Positions 1-13,755 of a DNA stretch of 64,000 nt are shown here, in pieces. The DNA comes from Halocafeteria seosinensis (taxonomy: Eukaryota), in contig LVLI01000251.1 in the NCBI GenBank assembly GCA_001687465.1, forward strand, positions 62,001 to 126,000, given 5' to 3'. How positions within the stretch are numbered: the first letter of the stretch is position 1; each line of letters begins with the position of its first letter. The position numbers were made by a program, and so were the translations under genes. A model generated the notes under the pieces. That model saw nothing but the letters and a program-made list of their open reading frames with translations, was not told where the DNA came from and ran no database searches.

Positions 1-179
1 CCCACACCTTTGTTTATCATATTGTTTCTGGTTAGGATCAGCAGCATGCTGAATAGCTTTGACGGGAATTTCAACTGTCTCAGTGGCGAGTAGGGATGCA
101 ATACAGTTTGCCGTGACTGCCCCGTACGTACGATGAAAAGCCCTTTTTACCCCGATAGGACACCATACCCCTAACCTGG

Positions 180-1850
180 CCCCAGGCTGGAAAGTTTAGC
201 TACAATTCAGGCGCTACGTCTTGCAGCACTTGCCCCGGTAAGTTGCGCTCCAATACCGGTACCACCCCCATACGATTTGCGCTCCGCATGTTTTGCCATC
301 TCTTCGGAATCTGTTTCACACCCTGTGTCTTTTTTTCCGTTTTCAGGCAGACAAACAAGCTCAACTGGCTCTAAGCAATGTAGTTCCTGCGATCCAGGAA
401 AAATATAGCGGGAGTGACAAAACCAGATGCACGGTCTGAGCTAGTAAGCCTATCATTCATTACATTGGGAATTTCTAAGGAAATTGAAAAGCCTACCTGC
501 TCATTTCAGGTGGAGAAGTGTCGTTGTTTGACGGATCATCATCTTGTCATGCATGTAGTGCTGTCCGATATGCCACATCCGGACACACTTCGTGTAAAGG
601 CTGCCGAAGTAAGGCAAACAAGTCAAGCGTTTCAAATTCTGCAGCTATGCATTAACGACGTCAGGTGGAGAAACGAGCTCTTACAAATCTCAAGGCTCTA
701 GCGCTTGCAGTAGTGTCCCGTGGGGAAAGTGCCCAACGATCAGCAAAACGGGTGCACCTCCATCTCCTGTATCTGCAATGGTTAGTGACATCAGCCATAA
801 ATCGACGGGACTTCTTAAGCTACCAGTAACGCTGTCTCTTCCCACAGCTGGAGAGTATACGAGCGGAAATCAATGTGCTTCGTGTCCAAGTAACGTCATT
901 AAGTGCTTGTGGTCTTCAATTGTACAGACGTATGCATCTTCGTTGATCTGAGGTACAGATGGCAAAACAAGCTCCAGTGGAACAAGCAGCAGTTTCGACT
1001 GTTACGATTGCCCAGCGGGTCGTTACGCTAGCATAGACCAGAGCAGTTGTAAGGATTGCCCACGTGCGTAATGCTTCCTCTAGGATTGCCATCCAGGAAT
1101 AAGGTGGTGGTCAACCCTGTTGATTTGCTGCAGACGAAGTCAGTATCTGAGACTCAGGGGCAGAAAGGTGCATCGAATACCCTTCGGACAAGTATACTAA
1201 TAACCAAAATTGTGGGTGTGAGAATTGCGCAGGTAAAGCATTGTCTCTGCAACTACCCCATATGCACTAGCTAGCATAACTTATCGTTTGTGTGCACAGC
1301 TGGAGAGGCGAGCTCTCAAGGTTCTGAGGAGTGCAGTGGTTGTGCACCGGGGAAGTATCCACGGCCCTCAAAGTGGATGCAACAGCTGTCCAATGTAAGC
1401 ACTCTCGTTACCCCAGTCGCTATTGGGTGCTTCTTTGACAGGCTGACCGCCTTGTTTGACAGCGGGAAAAATGGGTAGGTTCTCATGCTCTAATTGTGAT
1501 TCCTGTCCAACTGGGCAGTACAGCAGTAGACAACCCAGATTGATTCGCTTGCAACAGCACACCGGATGGTGGCGTACTTGGCACTCATTGCAAGATGCAC
1601 AGGTGGACAAACAAGCTCTCCTGTTCTACGGAATCTGGCTGCCAAGGCTGCCCCGCTGAAACGGGAGAGTGCTTTGTGTGTCCTGCCGGAGAGCACCAAA
1701 CAGGGGAGACTGAATGTAGCAAATGTTTGTCTGGTTACACCTCATCGTATGGCTCTGCATAACGTTATCTATGTCCTCCAGGCAGATACGAACGGGGTGA
1801 TAGGACTGTAAGCGTCAGCTGCAGCAGTATTGATCATCAGTGCGCTGCAG
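180..1850 (+). pseudogene. Decayed multi-exon gene for a Cys-rich repeat surface protein (GCC2/GCC3, ephrin-receptor-like CxxCxxG repeats); probably continues off the left edge
   Basis: Spliced exons read AGKFSYNSGATSCSTCP, GRQTSSTGSKQCSSCDPGK, SCHACSAVRYATSGHTSCKGC and CYDCPAGRYASIDQSSCKDCP between GT-AG introns. There are frameshifts near 400 and 713 and a TGA at an expected Cys near 437. Confidence 0.7.
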
Positions 1851-2090
1851 TGTCAACTGGTAACGGCAGACGCGTTATCATCCTCCGGAAAACGCAGCAA
1901 CGACGGGGAAGCAGCTAATCTCAGATCCCGCGACCTACTAGTGTGTCAGAACTACTCAGTTTGTCTTCCATGTGGCTGCCAGAGGAGCGGTTTCATAGCA
2001 ACAAGAGCTGGCGGAGAGCAATCACGAGAAGCAGCGTTGGAAGGAAATAGCTTCCACTTCATATGATGGCAGTCACTTTCTCAATCGTCA

Positions 2091-3786
2091 TCATGATACC
2101 AGTCGATCTGGAAGATAGGAAGAACGTAACCATGAGCCATAATACGAATAATAAAGAAAACAGTCGATGAGACGTACATATTGCTACAATCCCTGCCGTT
2201 ACTTCTCGGAAGGAGCAGTCAAACCCGAGTATTACACCTTCCTTCGAAATGAAACGGATCCTGGTGGGTGAAGAACTGGCAGAGAGTTCCTTTCCAGCTT
2301 TTTCCCAGACACGATACTCCGGGAAAAGAGCGGAGCGCAACGGCCCTATCACTCCTGAATATCGGCGATGCCAACTGACTGCATGTTTCCATTCTTCGTC
2401 AGGTGACGAATGCCCCTCATGCCGGAAACGAGGGAATGGATGGCAAACTGCCTCCGCGTCCGACTCAAAGGTGCTCTCATATTGGGATGCAACCGTTGTA
2501 TACGATGTCTTGCTTCCTTCGCATGTGGATTCCATGCTGGGCTCTTTTTCTCGGTACGTGCATGCACGTATGTAGTCGACGAGGTATTGATCGCGCGGAT
2601 CCACGAAGTCCTTGACCGGTTTCCGTAACAAGTCCTCTTCGGACCATCCGGCAAGGTTTGCCATTGAACAACTGGATAGTACAGGAAGTACTTGAAATAG
2701 GAAGCATCAAAATATGACCGTTGAGAGAATTCTTACCTGATGTAGCTAAATCGAAGAACCCCATAAGGATCCCGCCTGTGAAGGGCTATCGCTTCACTCG
2801 AATAACAGGACACGAAGTCATGAACTTCCTTTAGCTTCTCCGCAGCACGGGTTTCCATCCACGAAGTGAGATAGCGCAGAAACTTCTCTCTTTCGCGCTT
2901 ATTTTCCATGTAGGACTGCAGCTGCATCGCAGTAGAGATTATGAGAGTCCACTGGAAAATGTGCATGGAAGAGAACTGCCGTATGAAATAATGGCATCCC
3001 AATTGCAACAACGAATCGAACGCATTGAAGCAAAAGTAGTAATGCGAAGGAAAGCTAGATACGAGGCTAACAATCATTTTGAAATAAATGCTTCCAAGAT
3101 CTGTAGTATGACAAGTCGTACAACAATTCAGCGGGCCGACGGACCGCGCTAATGAGTTAGACTTACTCATGTGCCGTACATAAACTTCATATCGTCTCTC
3201 TTTCAACCCACCGGCAAAATAAAGCGTAACAAGTAGGCACATTAGGAATAATTTAGTCCTATGCTGGGTTTTTGGAGCACGGTTTGCAAGCACGACAAGA
3301 GCGGGGAAAGCGATAACCGACAACATTCCAAACGACCTGCACCTAGACCTTGCCTCATTGTCCGTGTGCTCCAATTTGACGAAGAAAACGTGCTTACCCG
3401 TAATAGTAAAACACATGGTCATTCCGTGCGTCCTCTACGAACTCCCGCAAAACTAGGTAAAGGCCCGTAAGCTGGAATGCGATGATTCCAAACACATTCA
3501 GGGAGCCATCACGAAACAATTTCCACTCTTGAAACGCATCTTCGATTTCGTCCTTCTTAAATCGAGTACAGAGTAGCGTTGTTCCTTCCATCTCAATTGG
3601 AGATTCTGTGTCTTCCTCTCCTTCGTAAGCGCTTCCCCTCGGGGAGCGCGAATGAGCCGCGTGTAAGGCTGCTTTCTTTAGCTGCTGCTGCTCATACCGG
3701 CTCTTTTCGGCATCCGTTGCGCCTACATGGTAGGGCAACATATCGTTAGAAAGCGGGTTGACTTGGCAAAGCCACGAATTCCCCAT
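2091..3786 (-). CDS. Multi-pass membrane protein with a C-terminal PAS domain and no recognisable output domain (about 4 exons)
   Basis: ORFs 3394-3786, 2733-3422 and 2059-2664 join in frame through GT-AG introns (about 3339-3398, 2672-2736, 2110-2177). Hydrophobic helices are followed by PAS-like IALHRRDPYGVLRFSYISCSMANLAGWSEEDLLRKPVKDFVDPRD and PAC-like RIRFISKEGVILGFDCSF. The N-terminus MGNSWLC could be acylated. Confidence 0.65.
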
Positions 3787-4470
3787 TTCTTAATGCGCAT
3801 AGAAGCCGTACAATTGTAGAACTTCGAACTTTTCACGAGGGGGGAGGGGTTGTCTGCCTGTACTGTGCAGTACTTAACAGTAACTTCCTTGAGTTCACCT
3901 ATATTTTTTCGTCCGTCTCGCGGTAGAAACCATTGGAATAGACTGGATTCTCGAGTGGCAAACCAATGTAACTCATTGGATTTATCGGACGGGCAGCCAA
4001 ACACGTGTGGAGCATCTTCCAGCTCACCTTTGGCGAAGTCGCAAGTCGCGGTGAGTGAGGTCGCATGTTGCTCTCCAAAGTGGTGGACCACCGCGCATAA
4101 CAAAACCAAGGCCTTCCGGTCCTTGACCCATTACTCTGCGCGATCAAACAAATGTTTCCAATGGTTATACGTATCCTTTTCGGTGAGCTTAATTCAATTC
4201 GATTCAGTGCTTGTACGTTCAGTTCCTCTTAGATTTCGGGTTTTCCGGATTCCATCCGGTCCGGATTTCGGGTCCCATCTTCATTTCATAACAACCCACC
4301 CCACGGTACTGTATGTGTAAGACGTCTTCTTGCTTCATACATTCGTCCGAGGATTGGTGGTGGAATTGTGGTTGTCAAGTTGAAGTTTGGGGTGTGGGTA
4401 TCTATCCCCTGAAGAAGAAAAAAAAAAGAGGAATTGTAGTAGAAAAAAACGAGAATCCTCCAGTATAAGG

Positions 4471-6785
4471 ATGAGGAAGCCACATCTGGTTCATCTCCCT
4501 CATCAACGCCAAGCGCGTCGTGAACGGCGTCCTGATGTGGAGGCCGCCATGGCGTCCCCCGAGGAACAGGAGCACTTGAAAAAGAAGCGTGGTTTTTTCG
4601 CGAGGCACCCCAAAAAGATAATGACACTCATTACGATATTAACTACGCTTATCGTCGGCGCCATTGTATCCTCTGCAATGAGTGGCAGTGGCGGCGGGGC
4701 GTCCTCGTCAGCTGACAGCGGTGGTAATAATAGCCCTTCAGAGGAGGACACGGGGGACCAAAATGCAGCGCGTTTGCTGCCGAGCGCTAGTAATAAAATT
4801 GTGGGATACTTTCAGGCACTCCAACAAGCGTACGCGACTGTTGGGAATCGTCAGCAGCAGGATGACCAGCAGCAGCAGCAGTCACAGTATGGGGAGAGTA
4901 TTGCCAGTACAAAGTGCCGTATGGACACTGACATGGCTTGGGAGCACTGGAATTCGATACTGACCACGGACGATACCGGAGAGAAGGCGTATGAACTTTT
5001 TGATCGCCCCGGCAAGTGTTTCAATTTCGAGAGAATCCTGCTTCCTCGGCGCCATCCAGTGGATCCCAACAAGGAATGGATCGCTGTCATAAGGACCCAA
5101 AAGACGGCCTCCAAGACTGTCACTGCTGTTTTGAAATGGTTGGCAGCTGATCTACACGGCAGCCAAGGTGTCAACAGTCCTCGAGACATCTGCAACGCCC
5201 AGTTCTTTGGAAGTTCTGTCGTACCTACGGCCTCGGAAGTCAAACGCATGAAGGATGTCATGACCGCGAACGAGTTATACAGTAATCCGTACCAGGCAAG
5301 GATGGATTTCGCTCGTCAACAAGGTATTCCAAAGGGACAGGAAAGCTACTGGAGTGTCGTATCGAAGAGTGACCGAAAGGGGTCGGTGGTACTGGATAAC
5401 ATGTTCCTGCGCCAGAGGAAAGATGGGGGTATTCCTGGACTAGAGGCATCCGCATTGTCGGCCGCACCACCCTCGCTATTGCCTAGCTTTAACAGCGAAG
5501 TAATTGCTGAGTGGTATAAAGGAGCTCAGCTGCAGAAGTATGATGTTTCTCTGAAAAAGGTGCATGGGAATCAACCACCTGGATGTAACGGTTTCGACCC
5601 ACCTCATAAGATCGTTCCCGACAGCGCCAAATGCAAATATCTTTATCAACAGCACATGCATGCTATCGACGTATTTGGTGCGATATGGGAAATGGAGGGA
5701 GTGAAACCGGAGGATGTTCGAATCGTCACTGCCATCCGACATCCAGTACGGCGCACGTTAAGTGAATACAAACATTTGGGAATCCGAGGTAAGGAGTTAT
5801 CTGTGTCATGATTACATTGCTCGTAACATTAAATGCGAAATGTTTTCATGTTGCAGGGAAAGCCCTATGGGATTATTGTCATCATCCTGACTTTAACGAT
5901 TTGGGAGCGTCATGGAAGACTGGGAATAATAAATTCGGAACTGGTGACAAAGGGAGAAACTATTTTCGAGAGTTCATGCTAAATGAGTACCATGCATATG
6001 GCATGAGAAATAGGCAGACGAAGATGCTTTCTGGTCTTGTCACTGAACCGACTGTGCCGTCGCTCGCAGATAGTAGACACATCTGGAAGCAAATCGCCAA
6101 CCCATTAATGGATCTCGAAGGGCAAAAACGATTTGCGCAGTTTGATGGCAATGTTTCTGGTGCACCATCTGATGCGGAGTATATGCGCTGGGGATTAGCG
6201 GCATTTCATCAAGCCCAGTATCAGCTTACTAATTCAACGGGATTTCTACTGCTGGAGCGTTTACCGGAGTCCATAGCCGTACTACTGTACACCCTCAATT
6301 GGCGTCCCGAAATTCGTTTAACAGATAAGCAGCTTTGCTTCCCTACCAGCCAGCTGACACATAAGGATTCGTTCCTATTTTCTGATTGGTCTAACGTTAC
6401 AAAGCACAGCGGAAGCGGTAATAGTATCCAAGTCTCTTCAAATGTTCGCGAAGAGGTTCATGACCTAAAGCCGGCAACTGAAGATAGTGCGAAAGTTATT
6501 CGAGGATCAGAAGTAGACACGGTGTCTCCGGGGTCACGGGCATGGAATCGACTTCTACACATAAGTGAACATATGGGGAAAGCATTGTCCAGTAGGGAGG
6601 GCGTAGACCACCAAAAGATTCCTTTTGACGTAGACCAACATATATTCAACGACATACTCGCCGTTAATCATTGGGATGCTGCTCTTTTCTACTGGACTGA
6701 CAAGTTATTGTCCGCAAGAGTATCTCTTGTTAAGCAAGAACTGGCTGAAATGGAAGAAAAACATTCAACGAAGGGTGGAAAGTAG
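4471..6785 (+). CDS. Type II membrane sulfotransferase, heparan sulfate 6-O-sulfotransferase-like (2 exons, intron 5789-5856)
   Basis: N-terminal anchor IMTLITILTTLIVGAIV; 5'-PSB-like RTQKTASKT; 3'-PB-like VTAIRHPVRRTLSEYKH; NRQTKMLSG and NHWDAALF resemble HS6ST motifs. The start codon is uncertain (4471 or 4549). Confidence 0.8.
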
Positions 6786-7056
6786 TCACAGACTAGCGCG
6801 AATAAGGTCGTTCAGTGTCATTCATGCTTTTTCCTCTCCGTTCATAAGGAAGCCTGGAAAGGTTAAATCCAGCTACTGCCGAACCCAAAGGTGGGGAATC
6901 TACTGCCAAAGCTGGGGTCATGTCACGCGAAGCGTTTCAGATTATTATTATTAAGCAGCTCTGGTTGGATCCATCTTAATACTCCGTACCGACGGAATAT
7001 TCAGCTACAACGTCCCGTCTGTGTTACAACAGGTGGTTCCTGTTATGAAACAGAAT

Positions 7057-9519
7057 TTATTTATGTGCGCTTTCTAATGCTGCAAGCTCGCGTTTCACTA
7101 ATGCCACGCGTGCACTTAGTAGTTTGTCCGACCAATAAAACAAGGATGCATCTAGATGGTTCGTCGCTAGAATATCGTTGGAAATATCGTCATCCACTGC
7201 AAAGGGTATCTTTCGTTTATCCACGTTTTCCCGGTTGGTGAGTTGCTCACTAAGCCCTTTACTTATATGTAGCAAACGTTCCCACGCCTTGCTATCAGGC
7301 GCCCCCACATTCCGCGCTCCTTGAATAACATGTCGACTATCCTCCGTTGCCGACCTCATAGTATCGTCCACTACTCGCGGTATGTCGGAAGACAGATGAA
7401 TAGACTTATCTAGATTGGCTCCTTGAAAATGATAGTTCTGAGGCTTCTGACTCAGCTCTTTTTTGCGTGCTGCATCTTGCTCGGCGTCATAATCGTATTC
7501 CTGTCCCTCCCAATTGCCGAAAAGCAAGGGATCTTCGGAGACCCTAGCAGAGGGGAACCGCTTTAAGCGATCTGGTACAGTCACCCTTGGTCTCCAATCA
7601 AACGTGTAAAGCATCACTGCTATAGATTCGGGCAGCCGCTCCATTAATACAACTGCCGAAGAATTCAAAATCTGAAATTGCGCTTGGCGCAAGGCCGTCC
7701 TAGCCCACTCAAGGTACTGCTTCGGCAACTTGGTTTCAGGTGACACCGGCCCAGGAGCGTATTGTTTCATTCCTTCTGAATCCATAATACCGTCAAGGAG
7801 CTGTTGGAAAGCCAGCCTGCTCTGGTCCAATGTAAGCACCTGAGGCTCAGTCACAAGGCCGGATATCATCTTCACCTGCCGATTGCGCATCCCAAACGCA
7901 TGAAAATGGTTCAACATAAAGTTCCTAAAGTAATTCTTGCCATGATCGCCTTTTCCGAATTCATCATTACCGGTAGCCCAATGAGAGCCGAGGCCCTTGA
8001 ATTTCGGGTGATGACAGTAGTCCCAAACAGGTTGTCCTGCAATTGTTCATGCTTCATGTATTCTCAGACATTTACTGAAGGTTTGTACCGTTTTCGACTT
8101 ACCTCCAAACGCTAAATGTTTATACTCACTCAAAGTTCTCTTTACTGGATGCCTCAGGGCGGTAATGATACGGACACGGTTCGACTCTACTGCCATAGTT
8201 TCCCAAAGCGAGCCAAAAATGTCGCCCACGTGCATATGCTGCTGAAAAACATAGTTACATCTGTAACTATTAGGCGTAATTTTTTGGGGAGGATCGAATC
8301 CACTACATCCTCGTTCAAAGGACTCCTTGCGCGTTATTTTGTATTCTTCCAACTCCGCTCCTTTGTACCACGGATTCACGGCTTCCGAGTCAAATACAGG
8401 AATGATCCGCTCTGGAGCTTGCTCAAGGAACTCTGGACGAAGTCCTTTGAAATCGTATATTTTGGCTGCTCCACGTATCCAGTGATTATCGAGTACAATC
8501 GATTTTTCCTCCTTTGAATTTTCCACTGCTTTCCAGTAATCTGTGTCTTTGGTAACCTGAGCTTTTGCGAACTCGAGACGCTGTGAATAGGGGTCACGAA
8601 ACAGACGGGAAGCAGGCATAATGTCCCGCACTTCATTGACCTCCTCTGTCGTGGGAACAGCCGAGGTTCCAAAAAAGTTGGCGTTACATACAGTGCGGGC
8701 TGCACCGTCTCCTTTGAACGCATCTGCTAACAACCACAACAATATTGCGGTAACAGTCTTAGACGCCGTTTTCTGAACGCGAATAATTGCTGTCCAGTCT
8801 GATTTACTAATTCTGGAAACTTTGGGAAGCAAGATTGGCTGAAAGTTGAAACACTGGTTATCAGAATCCGGCAAAGTTGAAAACACGTGGTACGATTTTG
8901 ACACATCAGTTGAAACCTTCAGTAGCTTCTGCCAGTCGTTCCAGTCATGCATAGAGTGCTTGAACAGACTACAGTCATAAGCACTTGATTGCTTTTTTCC
9001 TGCACTGGTCGAGTCAGAAACGACATTGTGATTCACAGTTGACGTCTCTTCTTTACTCTCCGCAACATTCGTGTCCTTCTCCTCCTCTTTGGTGCTGGTC
9101 GTGGACGTACCAGAACTAGTCGTACTTATTGTTGTAACCGTGTTTCCTTCCGAACTTGTTTCCGGTTCAGCTTGTTGCTCCTTGAATGCACGTAAATGTG
9201 TTTGCGTCTGCCCTGTTTGGTCCTGTTTAGAGGCCTCTTGGGAGGACCCTTGGTCCCCCCTGGGTGAAAGATTTGGAAGTTTTTCCACAAGTGGTGGTAA
9301 ATCCTCTGTCACTCGGCGAAGAATGGGTCTTCCGTAGCCATTTGCGTCCGTTTCCAAGTGCACGCCGACCAGAGTCAGGAGGATTCCGACACAACAGATG
9401 ATGGCGAACAAGATGACGAGAGCATTTTTTACCCAGGAACCATTGGAACGACTATTTGAGCTTGATAAAGGGGAAGACCTCTTGACTTGAGACGACCGTG
9501 GGGGTTGGCGCAGCGCCAT
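7057..9519 (-). CDS. Paralogous type II membrane HS6ST-like sulfotransferase (2 exons, intron 8037-8102)
   Basis: Anchor ALVILFAIICCVGILLTLVGV; motifs RVQKTASKT, ITALRHPVKRTLSEYKH and NRQVKMISG. The intron is at the same position and phase as in the neighbouring paralog. Confidence 0.8.
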
Positions 9520-9778
9520 TTCCTGCGTTGCTGAAGCTCCAAGACACTCCCACGCGCCATACACCCTCCTATAAGCCCACCTGACGCTATCTTCACAATA
9601 TCTTCATTTATAACGCGATATATGTAGCCAATGAATGGAAGTCAACTAGATCGGACAATCTTTTCTTTCATCACTGACACAGTGCTTTCATTGAGCTCGT
9701 TTCAGGCCGTATTGTGCAGTCTTGAGGAGCCTATTACATAGTACCAGTCGGCTTGGATAGCATACAATACGGAAGAGA

Positions 9779-12129
9779 ATGTCGTCTGATTTCCCGAAAT
9801 TGGAAATCAAACGATTTCCTCAACTGGAGGAAAGAGAGACCGAGGAAGGTAATGTCTATCTTCAGTGCTTTTTTTAGATGCTTTATGCACCGTGTATACG
9901 GGTCGTTTTGGCCCGATCCGATGTGAAAATGAGTATAGTTTGTCACCAAAGTGGAATAGCGTGATTGCATGGTGTATGTGCTCTGTTTGCAGCTCGGTTT
10001 TGGAAGCGCTTCCGTCGTCCCGTGACCATTTCCCAAGTACGTAATGCATTATATGGAGCGTTCCCATGCATTAGCCGTGTATGTATGCTGTATGCGATGC
10101 CATGTATACTAAATGCAGATTGGTGCTGTCAACCACTTATGCTTCAACCCAGTGGCCCCACACGACTTGGCGGTGACCACTTCAGCAAGGTTAGTTTGGC
10201 AATGATCACCATATGTGCTACTATCATTGCTCGATATCCTTTTCGGGATGTTTTGGCAGAATCGTGGTGTACAATGGACAGAATTTGGCACCGAAACACA
10301 CGTTCAGTCGGTTCAAAGATATTGCCCGATCGGGAGAATTCCGTCCCCGAGATGGCAAACTACTGGTCGGAGGAAGTGACAGTGGACCAATTCACTTGCA
10401 TAATGCCTCCACGAAAGCAATGTTGCGTGTATTCCGAGGTCATAAAGGCCCTGTATATGCAACAAAATTTAGTGGGAGAACAAATATAATTTCCGGTGGG
10501 GATGATGCTACGGTCAAAGTCTGGGATGTGTCTTCAGAAAGTCCTGTCACCAGTTTGGATAACAAACACACAGACTATGTGCGGGCCATCGCATGTTCGG
10601 ACGTATCGTCATCTATCTTTGCCTCTGGAAGCTACGACCACACTGTGAAGTTATGGGACAGTCGAGTACAACAGAGTGGCTCTGGCAGTCATCCCACAAT
10701 GGAACTAGACCATGGTGCTCCCGTCTCTGCGTTGATGATGCTGCGAGGAAACGGTACTCTTGTTAGTGCGGGAAGTAATTATCTCAAGGTTTGGGATATT
10801 GTGTCAGGGGGAAAGCTATTGACGACGTTGTCGAACCACCAGAAACAGATTACGACACTATGTCTTGACGGCACTCAAGAACGCTTGCTTTCAGGCGGCC
10901 TGGATGGGCACATCAAATTTTACGATCTCAACACGTACGAAGTTGCTTATGGATTTAAGCACTCCTCGCCCATTCTGAGTGCTGCTGTGAATGCTGATAA
11001 CACCCGTCTGGCCATCGGAACAACTGATAAGACGGTGACAGTAAAGCAGCGAATCGTGCCCAGCAAGCAAGTAGCTGCCGAAAAGAGACAAGCTGATGTT
11101 ATACGAGGAGGCTCCTACAAGTACTTCATGAGAGGGCAAAGTCGAACTCCTTCCACCAGTGACATTGTAGCCGAAACGGACAAAGCTCCCAAACTGAACA
11201 AGTACGAAAAGTATCTAAAGAAGTTCCAATACAACGAAGCATTGACTGCTACGCTGAGCACTTTCAACCCCATTATAATATTGTCGATGCTAGAGGAGCT
11301 GACACGCAGAGGGGGACTGCGTGCCGCCATTGCCAACAGGGATGAAACGAACCTGGAACCACTTGTCTCCTTTGTCGTTCGCTACATCACCCATCCCCGG
11401 TATAGCTCCGTGTTATTGGATGTAGCAAACATGATTTTGGATATTTATGCCCCTGTAATGGGTCAGAGCTACACAATTGACCACTGGTTTGTGAAGCTAC
11501 AACATAAACTGAGGGAAGAGTTGAAAGTGCAGCACCAACTGTTTCACTTACAAGGTGCTTTGGATGCGATTGTTGCAGCTTCCACCTCGAATCCGTATTA
11601 TGATTCTAATGAAAATAACCAAAGTCAGGAGGGAAATTTGTTGGAGGATGAGGATCAGGATCAATCTACACAGTCACAGAACGACCGAGAAGTACGTGTC
11701 GATGAAGCCACGGAGCATGAGGAAGATTTCTCTCCGGAGGCGATGGATTCAGTCGGGGCTGAGAAAAAGGAAGAGGAAAATGTATCGGAAGAAGAAGTTG
11801 CGAGCTCTCGAGACGAACAACTTGCAGGACAGCACAATCAGGTTGACGAAAACATCCAGGAAGAACAGAACGCCATGATCCCCGAAAACTCAGCCGACAA
11901 AATGGAAGGCAGCGTGGAGAAAACCCCCCAAACAGGGCGCAAAAGAAAGAAGAAACGTTCTGCTGGTGAGTCGTCCGAAGTCGACAATTCCACGGCCAAT
12001 GGGCATTTTGTCACTCCCTCAAAATTAGCTGAGACTAACCCCAGTACGGCAAAGGCTCCCAAGACGAAACCAAGCACGAAGAAGAAGCGGAAGAAACACA
12101 AGAAGTCATCTCCCGCTAGCACGACCTGA
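9779..12129 (+). CDS. UTP15: U3 snoRNA-associated protein 15 (WD40 plus C-terminal helical domain; 4 exons)
   Basis: Spliced N-terminus MSSDFPKLEIKRFPQLEERETEEARFWKRF...PHDLAVTTSARIVVY; FSRFKD..SGEFRPRDGKLL, HTDYVRA, SGSYDHTVKLWD, HQKQIT, and C-terminal LEELTRRGGLRAAIANRDE. Ends in an acidic/basic tail. Confidence 0.93.
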
Positions 12130-12206
12130 GATATTTACACATGGGCAATGGCTATCATACTGATGTGAAAATACTTTTTGCTATATATGTCTGTATCAGC
12201 GGAGCG

Positions 12207-13755
12207 TTAGGAGTGCAATTTCCGGGTGATTGCATCTGAAAGTTCTGTGTAGTACGTAATCTGATCCGATGTATCGCATACGAGAATGGAGTCTCCACAA
12301 GCGGGAGATGCTACTATCCAGTTTATCGATGTGCCTGAGCGGGCAGCAGTTTCGGCAGATTTTCTGTGGAGAATACGGTAGGCAACCTCTGGCGGGACGA
12401 GATCCTGTGGTTTAGCAGCCCCTTTTCTGGCTCCTTTCTTCGACGCCATCTTCTGGCTAAGTTTTAAGCGTCTGACGATACGCTGTCTATCCGATTGCTG
12501 CAAGGCATGATCCACCCTCCAAACTACGATACGACCGTCTGTCCCTGCCGTAACTACACAATTCTCTGGTGCAACAGCATCAGTTGTGTCACATTCGGCG
12601 AGGCCGTGAACATCAAACCAGGCCACGCATACAACACTGTTTGCATGCTCACCGAATAACCGCATCTGCTCAGTTCCTTCTTCCATGTCCAATATTGCAC
12701 AACTACCATCGCCGACACTGCATGCGATCCACGTGTGCGTCCGATCGATAGCTATACTGTGTACGAATGGAGGATTCAGAGCTTGACTTCCTGTGCTCGA
12801 CGGCGAAATGGCCGAACTTCCCCTTGCGCCAATTGCCACCAACGATTGCTCTTGGGAACCTATTGTTGTATCAAAGAGCACGGAAGGTCCAGCTGTCCCT
12901 TGCCGGACATCGAAGAAATGCCTCCTGCGCAATAAAGCAGCCACATTAGTCCTTATAATGATGATAAAGAAAGATACAGCGCTGTCGTACTCACGATTGA
13001 ATTACTCGACAGTCCATTCCACTTGAGATAACACACCGTGCATTATGATCATCGCTGACGTACTTCTGGCTCTGGACGGCTGCACAATATGTGCATACAT
13101 TGCTATGTATAGCATATGTGGGTGTATAATAGCCTGAGGATTCCTCATCCTTTATTTCCACAGGAAACACTGCGCCGCTGTCATCTGCCGCCATGATCCT
13201 AATAACGCCTTCTGATGATGACACATATGATAATGCATTCAGTTCTTCGGCATCGGGGATATGTAAAATGGAGCTTGGGGCTCTGTATATCATGGAGGAA
13301 TCGCCTCCCAATTCCAATTCCACTTGCACCTTTTCAAATACGCCAATTTCGTTTCCCCGGCACAATACCACCGTTTCTGTGTCATTGGAAGCTCCATTAG
13401 GGACTACTAATATGCAGGATATACTTGTATCGCCTTCCTCGGGGGGAATATCGCCGTGGGAAGCCTTCCTCCAGACCAGCACTTTGATGGTTTTCCGAGC
13501 CTCTATGTCCCAATATCTGACGGTCCCATCCACACTGCAAGGGCGTATACGTACTATAGATGTGTATATTTACATGTATAGTTCGTATTCATTATCATTT
13601 TACCTTGCTGAGAGGATAATGTGAGGGTGCTGAGGATGCTGGCACAGGTAGGTAACCTCATCCTTGTGCCCATTCAAGTGCCCTACAGACCATTCAAAGG
13701 AAGCAGACTTAGTCTGAGAAGCATTACCATTAATTTGACTACGATCAGCAGCCAT
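12207..13755 (-). CDS. WD40 repeat protein, WDR53-like (3 exons)
   Basis: Exon 1 MAADRS...GHKDEVTYL...ILSAS splices to VDGTVRYWD. Motifs AADDSGAV, HSNVCT, SSGMDCRV and NPPFVHSIA are typical of WDR53-family proteins. Confidence 0.72.

Noticed and set aside
430..445. TGA at an expected Cys, suggesting stop-codon reassignment or selenocysteine
   Set aside because: The same locus has frameshifts, and TGA, TAA and TAG all terminate conserved genes elsewhere in the window.
11590..12129. Long acidic/basic C-terminal extension of UTP15
   Set aside because: Such low-complexity tails with NLS-like runs are common in nucleolar proteins.
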